A stretch of 64,000 nucleotides of DNA from Octopus vulgaris. Its lineage: Eukaryota. The notes under the pieces were generated by a model that was not told the DNA's origin, did not search any database, and saw nothing but the letters and a program-made list of their open reading frames with translations. Made by a program: the position numbers and the translations under genes. The stretch is from the NCBI GenBank assembly GCA_951406725.2, contig OX597834.1, positions 25,420,001 to 25,484,000 on the forward strand. The letters run 5' to 3'. The stretch's first letter is position 1, and every line of letters starts with the position of its first letter. This document shows, one piece after another, positions 1 to 13,228 of this stretch.

Positions 1-2
1 TT

Positions 3-1177
3 AATTCATGCCACCCAAGACACACTAAAACAAACATACCCTTCAACCTTGCAAGAAGGATATGCACAATAGTGTCAGAACAAAATACCAGGAACTTTAG
101 ACTGCAAGAACTCAAAAACACCCTAATTGACAGACATTACCCAGCTCAACTCATAGAGGATGGGATCAGACGTGCAACAGAAATCAACATAGAAACTTTA
201 AGAAAAGTTCAACACAACAACACACCTTCCCCGAAAATACTACCTTACATATCTACATACAACCCCAGAAACAAAGAAGCCTTCACCATCATCACCCAGA
301 ATTTACCAATACTTCATAAAAACCCAAAATTAACGGAAATTCTAAACATACACCAAATCATTAAAAGCTACAAACAGCCTAAATCACTTAAAAAGATTCT
401 CACAAAGGCAAAATTGTCTTCTAAAATTACGGATGCAAAAGTAAAAAAATGTGGTAGATCGAACTGTGCAACATGTCCTAACCTATTGGAAGGATCAGAA
501 TTCTTCTTTAAAGAAGGACAGAAATTTAAGATCAAATCTAACTTTACTTGTGCCTCTGAAAACATAATTTATGTTATTAAATGCTCGGGCTGCCACCAAG
601 ACTACGTGGGTTCCACGGGACTATCACTCAGGCGCAGATGCACACTGCATCGACAACAGATTGCATTCCCAGAATATAGAATGATACCTTTTAGTGAGCA
701 CATTGAGAAATGCGCAAAGCAACTACTGCCACAATTTTTAATCTTCCCATTTTACCAATGTGCTTTCGGATCATCAACACAAATGAGACTGAACAAGGAA
801 ACATTCTTCATTGAAAAGTACAAACCCAGACTCAACCATCCGAACATACTGACACAGAGAAATTAACAAGGAAATGGGAAAAAAATTTTTAAGCGATTAT
901 CTCCCCTACACCGGAAAAAATCACTCACTACCTCCCCCTTTTTTTAGAAATCTCCTGGAAATAAAAACAACGATAAATCCATGCAATATAAACATAACGT
1001 CACAAGAAATTTGAAAAGCTACACGCGAAACCGGTAATTTCTTTAAAAATTTAAAAATTATGTCATTTTAAGGAAAGGGGAAAAAAATTTTTCCAATATT
1101 CTCCAGACATTTTGACACAAATATATATATCTTTTAACATTTAAGCCTTCTGTCGTTTTTTCACACTTTACTATTTT

Positions 1178-1178
<1 letters not shown>
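3..1178 (+). mobile_element. Penelope-like retroelement 3' part: RT thumb + GIY-YIG endonuclease (ORF 3-866) and 3' pseudo-LTR
   Basis: SCHPRHTKTNIPFNLARRICTIVS (PLE RT thumb); CGRSNCATC...FTCASENIIYVIKCSGCHQDYVGSTGLSLRRR..H...E.FFIEKYKPRLN (GIY-YIG). Ends in (TA)n. Confidence 0.92.
1004..1043 (+). ncRNA. Degenerate minimal hammerhead ribozyme in the Penelope 3' pseudo-LTR
   Basis: AAGAAAT-TTGAAAA-GC tacac GC-GAAA-CCGGTA-ATTTCTT. 7-bp stem I; the core has two substitutions from CTGANGA. Confidence 0.6.
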
Positions 1179-1249
<71 letters not shown>

Positions 1250-1557
1250 TACACATAAGGGTTATACATACAAATATATGGATTCTTACATGTATATGTA
1301 TGTACATATATATATATATATACACATATATATATATATATATGCATATATATACATATATATATATTTATTTATACATATATTATAAATATACATATAT
1401 ATATACATATATATATGTGTGTGTGTGTGTTTATGTTTCTATTTATACTTATATACGTATATACATATATATATATATACGTGTGTGTATATATATATGT
1501 ATCTATGTATGTATATATATATATGTGTGTGTGTATGTGTGTGTGTGTACGTATATA

Positions 1558-1608
<51 letters not shown>

Positions 1609-1739
1609 ATGTGTGTACATATAGATGTATATATATACAGATATGTATGTACATATACATGTGTATGTGTGTACATATAGATGTATATATATACAGATAT
1701 ATACAGATATGTATGTACATATACATGTGTATGTGTGTG
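1179..1739. repeat. (TA)n / (TG)n compound microsatellite
   Basis: Seen directly. Confidence 0.95.
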
Positions 1740-2101
1740 AAACTTTTTTCCCAAACACCACCATCCAATGTTGAAACATTAACATCTGACAGATGAGGCA
1801 ATGAAAGGCGATGTGAGAAAGATGACAAAAACGAGGGAGGAGGAGGAGGTGGGGAAGTAGTAGGTATTTTTGTATCATTTTTAATTTTTGCTTATATCAA
1901 TTCTATACTCCCTCCCTCCAGCTTATCTACCTACCACCCCTCTTCCCATTTAAAAAAAAAAAAGAATGATAAAACAAGAACAAATGTGTGAATTTTATCA
2001 CAATGTTTCATCACCATAGTAACAGTAGTTCCATATAGGTCTTCCTGAGTTGAGAAAGAAATAAGGTTTGAAATGTTAATCTGATTCAGAAATACCTTAG
2101 A

Positions 2102-2250
2102 GTGGTGGCGGCGATGGTGGCGTTGCTAGATGTGGTGATGATGGCGGCGGTGTTGGAGGTGGTGGTGGTGGTAGTGGTGGTGATGATAGTAGCTGTGGCT
2201 GGAGGTAGTGTAAATGGTGGTGGTGGTGGTGGTGGTGGTGGTGGTGGCGG
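2102..2250. repeat. Degenerate (GGT)n microsatellite
   Basis: Seen directly. Confidence 0.9.
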
Positions 2251-2347
2251 TGTATGTGGATTTATCTGCACTAATTATTTAATATTCTAGTATGATATAT
2301 AAAAATAAAACTGGAAGTACCTATGAAAGAGGAATTAAGTCTAAAGA

Positions 2348-3027
<680 letters not shown>

Positions 3028-3150
3028 CAATGATTTTTCGTGATTTTCATTTTTTTACTTTTTGTTTTTTGCTTGTTTGCCACAAGGAGAACAAGAGAAT
3101 ATAAAAGTTCTTTAAAAATTGTACTGTTGAAGGTTAAAATTTTGAAGGTA

Positions 3151-3207
<57 letters not shown>

Positions 3208-3439
3208 ACGAATGTGTATATATTTTTCCCTTCGACTAAAAAGGTTGTGTATATATATATCTAATAAATGCGAAAAGTAATTTCTGTGTGTCAGTGTGTC
3301 ACACTTTGATACCCCTCTCTTACTATTCATTGACACTCCTACTATTGCTCATGTTGGGGTGAGAGTAATATTAGGCATAGAGACGGTGAGGGTGATGGCG
3401 AAGACAGACAGAGAGTGTCCAACCCTCAGTAGGCAAAGT

Positions 3440-3975
3440 GATGCTCAGACTTTTGGGACCAGCATGGAGTAGTGCTGATGGATTTTCTGGCAAAGGGTAA
3501 CACAGTTAACGGGGTATATTATGCTTCTCTGATGCAGAAATTGAGGGATACCATCAAAGCAGGGAGGCGTGGCATGCTGACCAAAGGAGTCCACTGCCTC
3601 TGAGATAACGCCCCAGTTCACAACGTGCATGTTGCCCAGAGGAAAGCACACTCCTACGGTTATGAAATCCTTCATCATTCCCCTTACTCTCCCGACACTG
3701 CACCAACTCACTTCCACCTCTTTCCATCCGTGAAGTCGTTTTTGAAGGGGATGCACATTTTGGGTGATGGACTTATTTCCGAGGTAAAGCCTTGGCTCCA
3801 GACGCAACCTACCGACTTCTACAGATGAGGTCTTCACAGCTGCATAAAGTGATGTGAGAAGTGTGTTACCATTGGTGGTGGCTATGTAGAGAAGGACTAA
3901 TAATTATGCCAAGCTTCGTTTATCCCAGTCCTTGAGAAGTGGATCAGGGGAAATCTTTAATGAACAACCCTTGTA
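3440..3975 (+). mobile_element. Degenerate mariner transposase C-terminal fragment with right end
   Basis: FWDQHGVVLMDFLAKGNTVNGVYY...L*DNAPVH...ILHHSPYSPDTAPTHFHLF; contains in-frame stops. Confidence 0.88.
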
Positions 3976-4309
3976 GTTTGGTTTGTAGGGGGTAGGATGT
4001 GATAAAATAACATGTGGGTGGAAACCACAGTGCTTCTAAAACTCAGTTTCGCTGAAGTGGGTGAATCTTCTCAGGCTTCTTTCAGTTTCCATTTACCAAA
4101 TCCTCTCACAAGATTTTAGCCAGCCTGAGGCTACTGTAGAGAGCACTTGCCCGAGGTGTCTCACAGTGGGACTGGGCCCAGGTTTATGTGGTTGGGAAGC
4201 AAGCTTCTGTGTGGTAACACAGCTATGCTTGTGCCTCTGTGTGTGTGTGTGTGTGTGTATGTAAATGTATGAATATGTATGTATGTATATTTTCTATTTT
4301 TTCCTTCTT

Positions 4310-4705
4310 CTTTGTTTTGGTCATTGGAGTGCAGCCATGCTAGGGCATCACATTGAAGAATTTTCAGTCAAAGAAATCGATCCCAGGACTTATTTTTTTA
4401 AAGCTTGGTGCTTATTTCTATCAATCTCTTCTGGCAAACACTAAGTTACGGAGATATAAACAAGCCAAAACCGGCTGTCAAGTAGTGATGGGAGAAAAAC
4501 ACTCATATATATATGTGTGTGGTGCGTGTGTGTGTGTGTGTGTGTGTATACGACGGGCTTCTTTCAGTTTCCATCTACCAAATTCACTCACAAGGTTTTG
4601 GTTGGCCTCAGACTATAGTAGAAGACACTTGCCTAAAGTACCACGCAGTGAGAGTGAACCCAGAACCAAATGGTTCGGAAACAAGTTTCTTACTACACAA
4701 CCACT
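4310..4705 (-). mobile_element. Diverged tRNA-SINE (family A)
   Basis: Same block order as 14710-15117, reversed. Confidence 0.75.
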
Positions 4706-4949
4706 GTTATATATATACACCATTTCTGTCAGTCAGCTTCATTGACAAGGTCTGTGTCATTTCTTTAAGACAATAGGGTATAATGTGAAGCAGATTTGGT
4801 TTCTATTTCTAGCAAGTCGAGTGATCACATGGAGAGCTTTCATTAATCACTTACTGTGTTATCAAGAACATCTGACTCTTTGTTACTGCAATTTTGATTG
4901 ACATGGCTTTAATTACTGCTATTCAACCTATTGTGAACATCTCTTAATT

Positions 4950-5164
4950 GAAGAGGGAAGTGGGAAGGGAAGGGGAGGAGCAGGAGCAAGAGTAGCTGGA
5001 GGAGAAAGAAAAAAGAAAAGGAAGAAGATAAAGAAAAAGATGGAAAAGAAGAAAGAGGAAGAACATCAACGACGACGACAGAAGGAGTTGAGAGGAGGAA
5101 GAGAAATGGGAGAAGAAGGAGAAGAAGAAAAAGAAGAAGAAGAAGGATGAGGAGGAGGTGGAGG

Positions 5165-5199
<35 letters not shown>

Positions 5200-5346
5200 A
5201 AAGAGGAGAAAGGGGAGCAGGAGGAGGAGAAAGAGGAGCAGGAGGAGAAGCAGGAGAAGCAGGAGGAGCAGGAGGAGGGGGAAGAGGAGAGAAGAAGAAG
5301 AAGAAGAAGAAGAAGAAGAAGAAGAAGGAGGAGGAGGAGGAGGAGG

Positions 5347-5381
<35 letters not shown>

Positions 5382-5473
5382 AAGCAGGAGGAGAAGGGGG
5401 AGGAGGAGCAGGAGGAGAAGAAGAAGAAGAAGAAGAAGAAGAAGAAGAAGAAGAAGAAGAAGAAGAAGAAGAA
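4950..5473. repeat. Purine-rich compound microsatellite (GAA/GGA/GGAGCA)
   Basis: Seen directly. Confidence 0.95.
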
Positions 5474-6025
5474 TGTAGCTGGATCTCAGCATCCTCTGAT
5501 ATAAGCTCATTCATTAAGGGCTTCGTTAATCCAATTACTCGTTATCTTAAAAATACAGCCAACAGCTAACATTGTTCATCTGACTTTAACAATTAATGAT
5601 TTACTATAATCCCAAATTGGATTTGTTTAATTATTTCCCAAGATTAATTATAATCATTTCTGCTGATTAGTAGATTTGATTATTACTACAGTTTCAACAT
5701 ATGAAGTAGCGTCAAGGGATTAATTAATTAGTTGCATGTTAACGCGAAGATTGTTGCTGTATCATGTGTAAATAATATCTTTTACTTGTTTCAGTGATTT
5801 GACTGAGGCCATGCTGGGGCACCGCCTTGAAGGGGTTTTAGTGAAACAATCTCACCCTCGGGACTTATAGGCTCTTTTGCGGAACCACGAAGTTACGGGT
5901 ATGTAAACACACCAACACCGGTTATCAAGGATGACAAACACAGATACAAAGACACACACACGCACGCACACATACATACACACATATATATATATATGTA
6001 TATATTCATATATATACATACATAC

Positions 6026-6074
<49 letters not shown>

Positions 6075-6076
<2 letters not shown>

Positions 6077-6472
6077 AAATTTAGAGGACTGACCATTAAA
6101 AGTGGACAGCCTATATGCTAGATAGAGACGTCAAAATCGCCATTTTCCACGAAAAATGTGTTCTCAAGAAAAAATTCAGCAAAAAGTCAAAGTGTAAAAA
6201 TAAGCAAGACAAATGAAAATATACGAAATAAAGAACGATTACCTATGTACTAATTAGTTTCACTTGTTAATATTTACGTATATGGACACGTAAACATCTG
6301 CAAGATCATCAGCATAGTCTGTCTTTTACAAAACACAATTTCCAGAACTAGATACAGAACGCTCAACCGAAATCCAGCGCGCCAAAGTGAAGGCATTTGA
6401 AAGATACACATAAATATAATATGTAGAACTTTATACATGCTGGATTTCGGTTGAGCGTTCTGTATCTAGTTA

Positions 6473-6478
<6 letters not shown>
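6075..6478 (-). mobile_element. (TA)n-flanked Penelope-type pseudo-LTR cassette with internal inverted repeat
   Basis: IR 6346-6378 / 6439-6471; contains a hammerhead motif; (TA)n on both sides. Confidence 0.65.
6243..6317 (-). ncRNA. Minimal type-I hammerhead ribozyme motif
   Basis: CTATG-CTGATGA-[TCTTG..ATGTTTACGT/ACGTAAATAT..CAAGT]-GAAA-CTAATTAG-TA-CATAG; palindromic stem III, GUA cleavage site. Confidence 0.75.
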
Positions 6479-6557
<79 letters not shown>

Positions 6558-7019
6558 GATGGGCTTCTTTCAGTTTCCGTCTACCAGATCCACTCAAAAG
6601 GCTTTGGTCGGCCTGAGACTGTAATAGAAGACACTTACCAAAGATTCCACGCAGTTGACCTATTGTCTCATTGGCAACTCTGGCAGCTTGTCATGCAACC
6701 TTTAAACGTTTTGCTCTTTCCTTTTTTGACTCTTGGCTCCTGCGAATTGCATTTTGTTGACATAATTGTTCTAACCGTTTTTCCCATGACTTTTGTGACT
6801 CATTGACCCTGCGTGCAGCAGCTCTCCTTCGGTCGTTTTCATGTCTTTGCTGTCGTTGTGCGGAGATCTCTAGTGACCTTACTCTGGTTACCTGTACTCA
6901 TCTTTGTCTCGCTATAGAATACTGATCATCTACATCTACCCCGTCTCCTCTTGTAGAGAGTGAGAACATTTTTCTCGGAAACTTTTTTGAAAATTGAAAT
7001 GATTCGAGTAATACTTCAT

Positions 7020-7380
7020 CTCTAGCCTGCACAGAAGGTTCCACCTCTTCCACCTCTTGCTGCTACGGCACCACGCTCCATTTGTATCGGAATATGGTCC
7101 TGTGCAGGACCAACTCTTCGGCTTTCCCTACCATGAGCGACATATACAAGAAACTTCCTCCATAGGGGAGATTCGTCTCCTCTCAGACATGGCTTTAATC
7201 GTACGGTGGTGCCGTTCCACAATGCCGTTTCCATCTAGTCTGTATGCAGCTTTGAAGAAGCGTCTTGTGCTCCATCTCCCAAGCATCTCTCTCAGCTGCT
7301 CTGGGCGAAAAACTGTGCTGTTATCCATTAATAGCTCGTCTACCGACCTTCTTTCCAAAATGATTCGAGTAACAGACAAT
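7020..7380 (-). mobile_element. LTR-retrotransposon (Gypsy-like) integrase fragment
   Basis: ELLMDNSTVFR...AAYRLDGNGIVERHHRTIK matches the rve integrase core. Confidence 0.8.
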
Positions 7381-8039
7381 TACTTGTAATGGAAGAAGAA
7401 ATACGTTTCTACTCCTGTCATTTTCGCATCATTTCATTTTACTGAGAAAACTGTAAACAATGAAAGTAACTGTAATAATGTTTTTGGTACCAGACATCGT
7501 TACAACGGTAAAAGCCAGAATGGTTGACAGAATGAAGAGAGAATGATAGAGATGTGACGTCGTCGTAGTGGTATAAAATGTCCTTTGCTATCTCGTACGT
7601 AATGAACGTACAAACATATTCACACTCACAGACACACACATTCATATACAAAATGTGACGTCGTCGTTGTATAAAATTCCGTTGCTATAAGTTGACTATA
7701 GAAAAATTATTTTCAAGAAAATGTTATATTGTTTCAATCCAAATGAAAATAAAAATTACATATTGACACTCGCGGGGTCAAATTTTATTTGATTTGGTGG
7801 AGCTGTTTGAGAGTTCCCGGTTCTGTAAATATGTGGTTGAGTTTGTGTGCTGGTTGAGCTGTTGATGCACTTAACCACGTGTGCACATCAATTCATTTCA
7901 AGAATTTCAAATGGAGCATCTTTGGAAAATCTTACAAATCTTCATTGTGCCACTGATAGATTGGATTTGGAGAATCTGCATCAGTTTTTGCTCTTTCTTC
8001 CAAAAATCGAGTATTTCTTGGTTTTTGTGCAAATTTTGT

Positions 8040-8470
8040 AGGCTTAATGCCTATATGGTGATAGATACAAATGAAAATTTATAGACAGAGTACATGAGGA
8101 GTAAGTTCCCTATTAATTCACCATAAAGGTTCTCTTTTTTTTTGACTTTTGATGGTACATTCACATCTACTGGACAGCGGACCTCTATAACAGCGCATGA
8201 CTTTTGATCACGGTCTCACAGAACAATATCAAGATTGTCATGCCTGCGCCAAATTGTTGTTTTTATTGAAGTGTTCTATCATTATTCTTTGTAAATAAAG
8301 GTGTGAATATATGCTGGTTCTGATATGCTTTTGATGTATATTATCAGGGCAATCCTTCCTGTAGATAGTGTTATAAATTGTCTTTGCATCTATATCATAC
8401 CTCAGAGGCAGGTAGTATCTTGTTGATATTTTGGAGCAGCTGTTGATGGTGTGGGTGATATCTTCCACAC
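8040..8470 (-). mobile_element. Degenerate RLE-type non-LTR retrotransposon 3' fragment (R4/Dong-like)
   Basis: EDITHTINSCSKISTRYYLPLRYD (zinc-knuckle/RHD region), then LDIVL*DRDQKSCAVIEVRCPVDVNV..K.KKENLY (restriction-like endonuclease). Confidence 0.7.
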
Positions 8471-8534
8471 TTGTAGTATAACAATTGTACGATTGACTGT
8501 CATGTATGAGCAGTTATCTTGCCCGTGCATGCAG

Positions 8535-9225
8535 TATGTATGTATGTATGTATGTATGTATGTATGTATGTATGTGTATTATGTGCATGTATGTGTGTAC
8601 GTATGTATGTGTGTATGTATAATGTATGTGTGTATATGTGCATGTATGTGTGTATGTATGAGTGTATGTATGTGTGTAGGTATGTAGGTTGTCTGTCTGC
8701 AGGTTGTCTGTCTTTCTGTATGGATGAATGTATGTGCTTGTGTATATATGTGTGCATGTTTGTATGTGTGTGTGCTTGCTCGCACGCATGCGTCATCATA
8801 ATTTTAACGTTCTCTTTTTATGCTTGCATGGGTCAGAACAGAATTTGTTGAGTCAGATTTTTTGCGGCCGGATTCCCTTCCTATCACCAACCCTTATCTG
8901 TTTCCAAGCAAGGTAATATATTTCCTCAGAGCCAGGCATGCTGAAAATGAATGACACTACTCGTATAACGGTGACACTCATTTACAACTAACACATGATG
9001 TCAACACAAGGACACATACATACACATACACACATACATACATACATACATGCATACATACTGTACATACTGTACATACATACATACATACATACATACA
9101 TACATACATACATACTGTACATATTGTACATACATACATACATACATACATACATACATACATACATACATACATACATACATGCATGCATGCATACATA
9201 CATACATACATACATACATATACAT
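8535..9225. repeat. (TATG)n and (CATA)n tetranucleotide microsatellites
   Basis: Seen directly at about 8535-8780 and 9013-9225. Confidence 0.9.
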
Positions 9226-10003
9226 GTATGCTTCTATTTGTGTAAAAGACAAGAAAAAATACGAAAGAAATACTGTTCTATTAGAGGCAATGCCACTATA
9301 GTACCTGTGAAATACAACAAGCTTACGAATCATGAAGACATAAGTTCAAACCGAGGTTGGTGTTATATTTCTTAGTTATTAGTTTAATTATGTTTTTATA
9401 TTTTCTTTGTTGTTGTTGTTGATTCTTCTGTTTTATTATTTGCTTATTAGTGTTATTTCTTTTGTTTTATCGTTCGTTTTATTCCATTTCTATAAAGGTA
9501 TTCCAAACACGTAACCTATTCACGTTGAACATTTTTAATTTACAAAATCAATTGTCATTCAAAGAAAATCTTCATTAAACATAATACAACTTCCTGTCTT
9601 TGAGTAAAATCAGTTCAAATTTTCTGCGATTGATTATTTTAATATGATATTGTTCAATATGATTGTTGTTTTAAAAATAATACAACTTTAAAGTGTCAAG
9701 TAACTTAAATTATAGAACGGTGAATGTGCACTCATTAATACAGTAATGTAGATAAGATACTGGAAAATGCTGAGTACCGATATAGAATTAATGGATCTGA
9801 TTTATTTAAATACTTAAATGCTTTTTTCAAGGAAACACAGAACCTTCACCTTGAATATATGTGCTCTTAAGCAACATTTCTGCTCCTTTGATGTAATACT
9901 GTGATCTACAACAGGGAATTTAAAGATGCTTGGGGGGTCATTTGATCCTACTTCTTTCATGAGCAGATCTTTGTTGGAAGTCTGAATTGCATATTGTAAC
10001 ACA

Positions 10004-10051
<48 letters not shown>

Positions 10052-10293
10052 GTGTGTGTGTGTGCGTGTGTGGCTGTGTGGTAAGAGGCTTACTTCTCAG
10101 CCGCATGGTTCCAGGTTCAGTCCCACTGCGTGGCACCTATGGCAGGTGCCTTCTAATATAGTCTCAGGTTGACCAAAGCCTTGTGAGTGGATTTGGTAGG
10201 CGGAAACTGAAAGAAAAATCCGTCGTATGTATACGGGGTTATTCAAAAAGAATGAACCGAAATGTATAGTATTAGATATCCATCACGGCTGGT

Positions 10294-10376
10294 CATACCA
10301 ATCGGTTTCGTGTAAAGAATACAATAGAGTGTTAGATAACAAACTGATTATATAACTTTACGCTCATCAGAGTTAG
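10294..10376 (-). ncRNA. Hammerhead ribozyme motif, inverted partner of 10469-10550
   Basis: CTAACT-CTGATGA-GCGTAAAG..CTTTACAC-GAAA-CCGA-TT-GGTATG. Confidence 0.55.
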
Positions 10377-10468
10377 CTGATATGGAAGGGAATATGGCGA
10401 CTGCTCAGACTTAGCTGATACGGAAGGGAATATGGCAAGAACAGTGACCATATTTCCTTCCATATCGG

Positions 10469-10550
10469 CTAACTCTGATGAGCGTAAATTATACAGTTGG
10501 TTTGTTACCTAACACTCCATTGTATTCTTTACGCGAAATCGATTGGTAAG
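10469..10550 (+). ncRNA. Hammerhead ribozyme motif with long stem-II loop
   Basis: CTAACT-CTGATGA-GCGTAAA..TTTACGC-GAAA-TCGA-TT-GGTAAG; stem I imperfect. Confidence 0.65.
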
Positions 10551-10744
10551 ACCAGCCATGATGGATATTTAATACAATACATTTCGGATAATACACACAC
10601 ACATACACACACTAATATATTTATATATCCATATATGTGTGTATATGTATGAATGTATATGTGTGTATGTGTGTAATCATACATGTATTTATATATGTGT
10701 GTGTACTATGTTTTTACACACACACACACGTATGATGATTGCTT

Positions 10745-12340
10745 CTTCTTGACAGCTGATAGCCATCCCTCAACACACGCATCATACCCCATCACACAGC
10801 ATGATCCTCCCATTGATGAGCCCTCAAATGACTTTTAAGACCAACTGCTGACTGGCAGTGACAGCTATTATTCAAATTTCTTCTACGTCTTTGCCCTTTG
10901 GAATCTGATTCTGAAGGAATGTTTATGTGAACTAGCGTATGTCTTTTTTAAGTCCAGATCTTGTCTTACAAGTTTTGTGACAAATGACAAGTCATAAAAG
11001 ATGGTCGGAGTTCAAGATTACCTGCCTGGACATTTCCATTTTCGTGTGACTTCATATGATTCACGTATCCTGCTTCTGACAACAGAACACGATCCCACAA
11101 TACATATCCAATATTCACTGTTGATTTCAATTCCGATTGTTCCTTTCCAACAGGCCCTTTAAAGCTCAGAGCAGTGAATCATTTTTTTCTCCCAGCCGTT
11201 GCAATCAGTCCTAACAGCACCTCTCCACTTATTTTGATCCTGAGCATCAGTTTCCCATTCACTTTTGTTCATATCTAGTTTCTTCAGGTTTTCAGTCTTT
11301 ATACATTTTCCTTGACTTATGTTGTGGTCGCTTACCAGAGTTGTGCTCACCATAAAAAAGATGCTTTGGCAATCTCTCATCTTTCACTCTAATAACATGT
11401 TCAACCCATCTCATTTGAGCCAAGATGATGTGTTGTCCAATTGAGCTACCACCTACCACGTGCAAAACTTGTATATCTGGTATGAAACATTCCCACTTGA
11501 CTCCCAAGATACATTTGAGCCAAGATGATGTGTTGTCCAATTGAGCTACTACGTACCCCGTGCAAAACTTGTATATCTGGTATGAAACATTCCTACTTGA
11601 CTCCCAAGATACATTTGAGCCAAGATGATGTGTTGTCCAATTGAGCTACTACGTACCCCGTGCAAAACTTGTATATCTGGTATGAAACATTCCCACTTGA
11701 CTCCCAAGATACGCCTGAATTACTTTTGGTGAAATCTCTCCAGTATTTTCATATGACGCCTATGCGTGGCCCACTCGAATAAAGAAGCCACTGTCAATAC
11801 ATACGTTTTATAGACAGTGATTTTTGTCCGCAAGGAAATACCTCTATCCATCCATACTCGCTTTTCCAGCTTTTCAAATGCAACACTTCTCTTCCCTATA
11901 CGATAGTATATCTCTGCCTAACCTTGTTGCATTCACATAAATGTTTGGTTCGAATTACGTTTGTCCTGGCGCGGGAGTAAACATTTCTTTGGTTTTCCTA
12001 AGGACTAATTGTGAATCCGAAAAGTACACATGCAGTGGAAAATCTGTCCATTATATGTCGCATATCCTCACCTGAGTGTGACAACAAATCAGCAACATCA
12101 ACATAAAGCACTTCTCTGACAAATGTTTTGAGAGCCTTTGCTTTGCACTTAAACTGTGTCAAGTCGTTCTCAAGTGCGATACGTAACACGTAACCCAGTA
12201 TCTGTCGCACAGTCGGGTCGTCAGCGACTAAACTGACAATCCCACCGAGCTTGCTTGGTGAGGGGGGGGGTGCTGGACACACTGCGGGACGAAAAGAATA
12301 CCTGTTAAAGGGCGAACACGAGCAGTCAACGGTCATCCAA
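10745..12340 (-). mobile_element. Degenerate RTE (BovB-like) LINE fragments
   Basis: VREVLYVDVADLL...MDRFSTACVLFGFTIS, LEKRVW..RGISLRTKITVYK, QMRWVEHVIRVKDERLPKHLFYGE, WETDAQDQNKWR, and a C-terminal CQSAVGLKSHLRAH. Confidence 0.85.
11412..11711. repeat. 100-bp unit x3 tandem repeat inside the RTE fragment
   Basis: catttgagccaagatgatg starts at 11412, 11512 and 11612. Confidence 0.95.
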
Positions 12341-12365
12341 CAATGTGTACATGTGTACATATATA

Positions 12366-12931
12366 TTGGGTTATCCGGAAAGTTCGTGTCGATTTTTAAA
12401 GGGAAAAAAAGGGTCAATAAATATTTGCCATTACATTCTTAATCAACCAAATATGAACCATTTTGTTGCCCAACGCGTTTCCATCTTTCCATTAACTTAA
12501 AAATACCCTCTTCCCAGAATTGAGGTGGTTTCATGGCAAAGAATTCATCAAGGTATATTTTTACGTCATCCAAGGAATTGAAATTTTTACCATTAAGACT
12601 ATTCTGCAGAGACCTGAATAAGTGGGAATCCGAAGGAGCAATATCTGGTGAATATGGAGGGTGGGGTAACACATCCCAGCCGAGCTGCAGCAATTTTTGT
12701 CTGGTTCCCAAAGAATCAAGTGCCGAAAATGAACTTTCTTATCTTCCATTTTAAAGGGTTACAGAATTAACACAGGTTATAGGAATATAAACCTTCTTCT
12801 ACGAAAAGATAGTTTAAACTGTGCTCTAAATGGAGGTGTAGTCAAATCCTATTTTATGGACTCAACAATGTTCTAAAATAAGTCGAAAGGTAACCTACTA
12901 TAAATCGGCACGAACTTTCCGGACAACCCAA
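12366..12931 (-). mobile_element. Internally deleted mariner (mellifera-subfamily-like) with 30-bp TIRs and TA TSD
   Basis: TIRs ttgggttatccggaaagttcgtgtcgattt / aaatcggcacgaactttccggacaacccaa. N-terminus MEDKKVHFRHLIL is fused to TRQKLLQLGWDVLPHPPYSPDIAPSDSHLFRSLQNSL. Confidence 0.93.
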
Positions 12932-13228
12932 TATATATATATATATAATTGTCCTTCATAATGATCCTGAAACACGTGTCCCTAGATGCAGCTCCGGCGG
13001 CCGGGGGTGTTTGTCTCCCCTTCGTAAATGTATATAAGGACACAGGAAAAAATGTGTCAAAGCCATCAGGAGGCGTCGATGCTTCCTAGGGCTATACAGC
13101 AGTGGTGTACCCCCCCTACTGTCACGTTCGTGTTAGATTGACAGTATACAACCATTCTATCGCCCCACCACCGTACATGTCTCTACGAGAGATTTAGAAA
13201 TTTAGTATTTCTTATATATATATATATA

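Larger units (their letters stand above)
10258..10588. repeat. ~150-bp inverted repeat with a hammerhead motif in each arm
   Basis: 10258-10407 is the reverse complement of 10440-10588 with scattered mismatches. Confidence 0.9.

Noticed and set aside
6660-6910. Helitron Rep-helicase N-terminal-like repeat on the minus strand (RRSQESKKERAKRL)
   Set aside because: Too short and interrupted by stops to assign without a search.
8451-9375. Overlapping MYVC/HTYI ORFs
   Set aside because: Artefacts of (TATG)n/(CATA)n repeats.
9848-9906. Possible minus-strand exon (HSITSKEQKCCLRAHIFK)
   Set aside because: Short, weak donor, no recognisable protein family.
12439-12711. SETMAR host gene
   Set aside because: No SET domain; bounded by TIRs and TA; internally deleted transposon.
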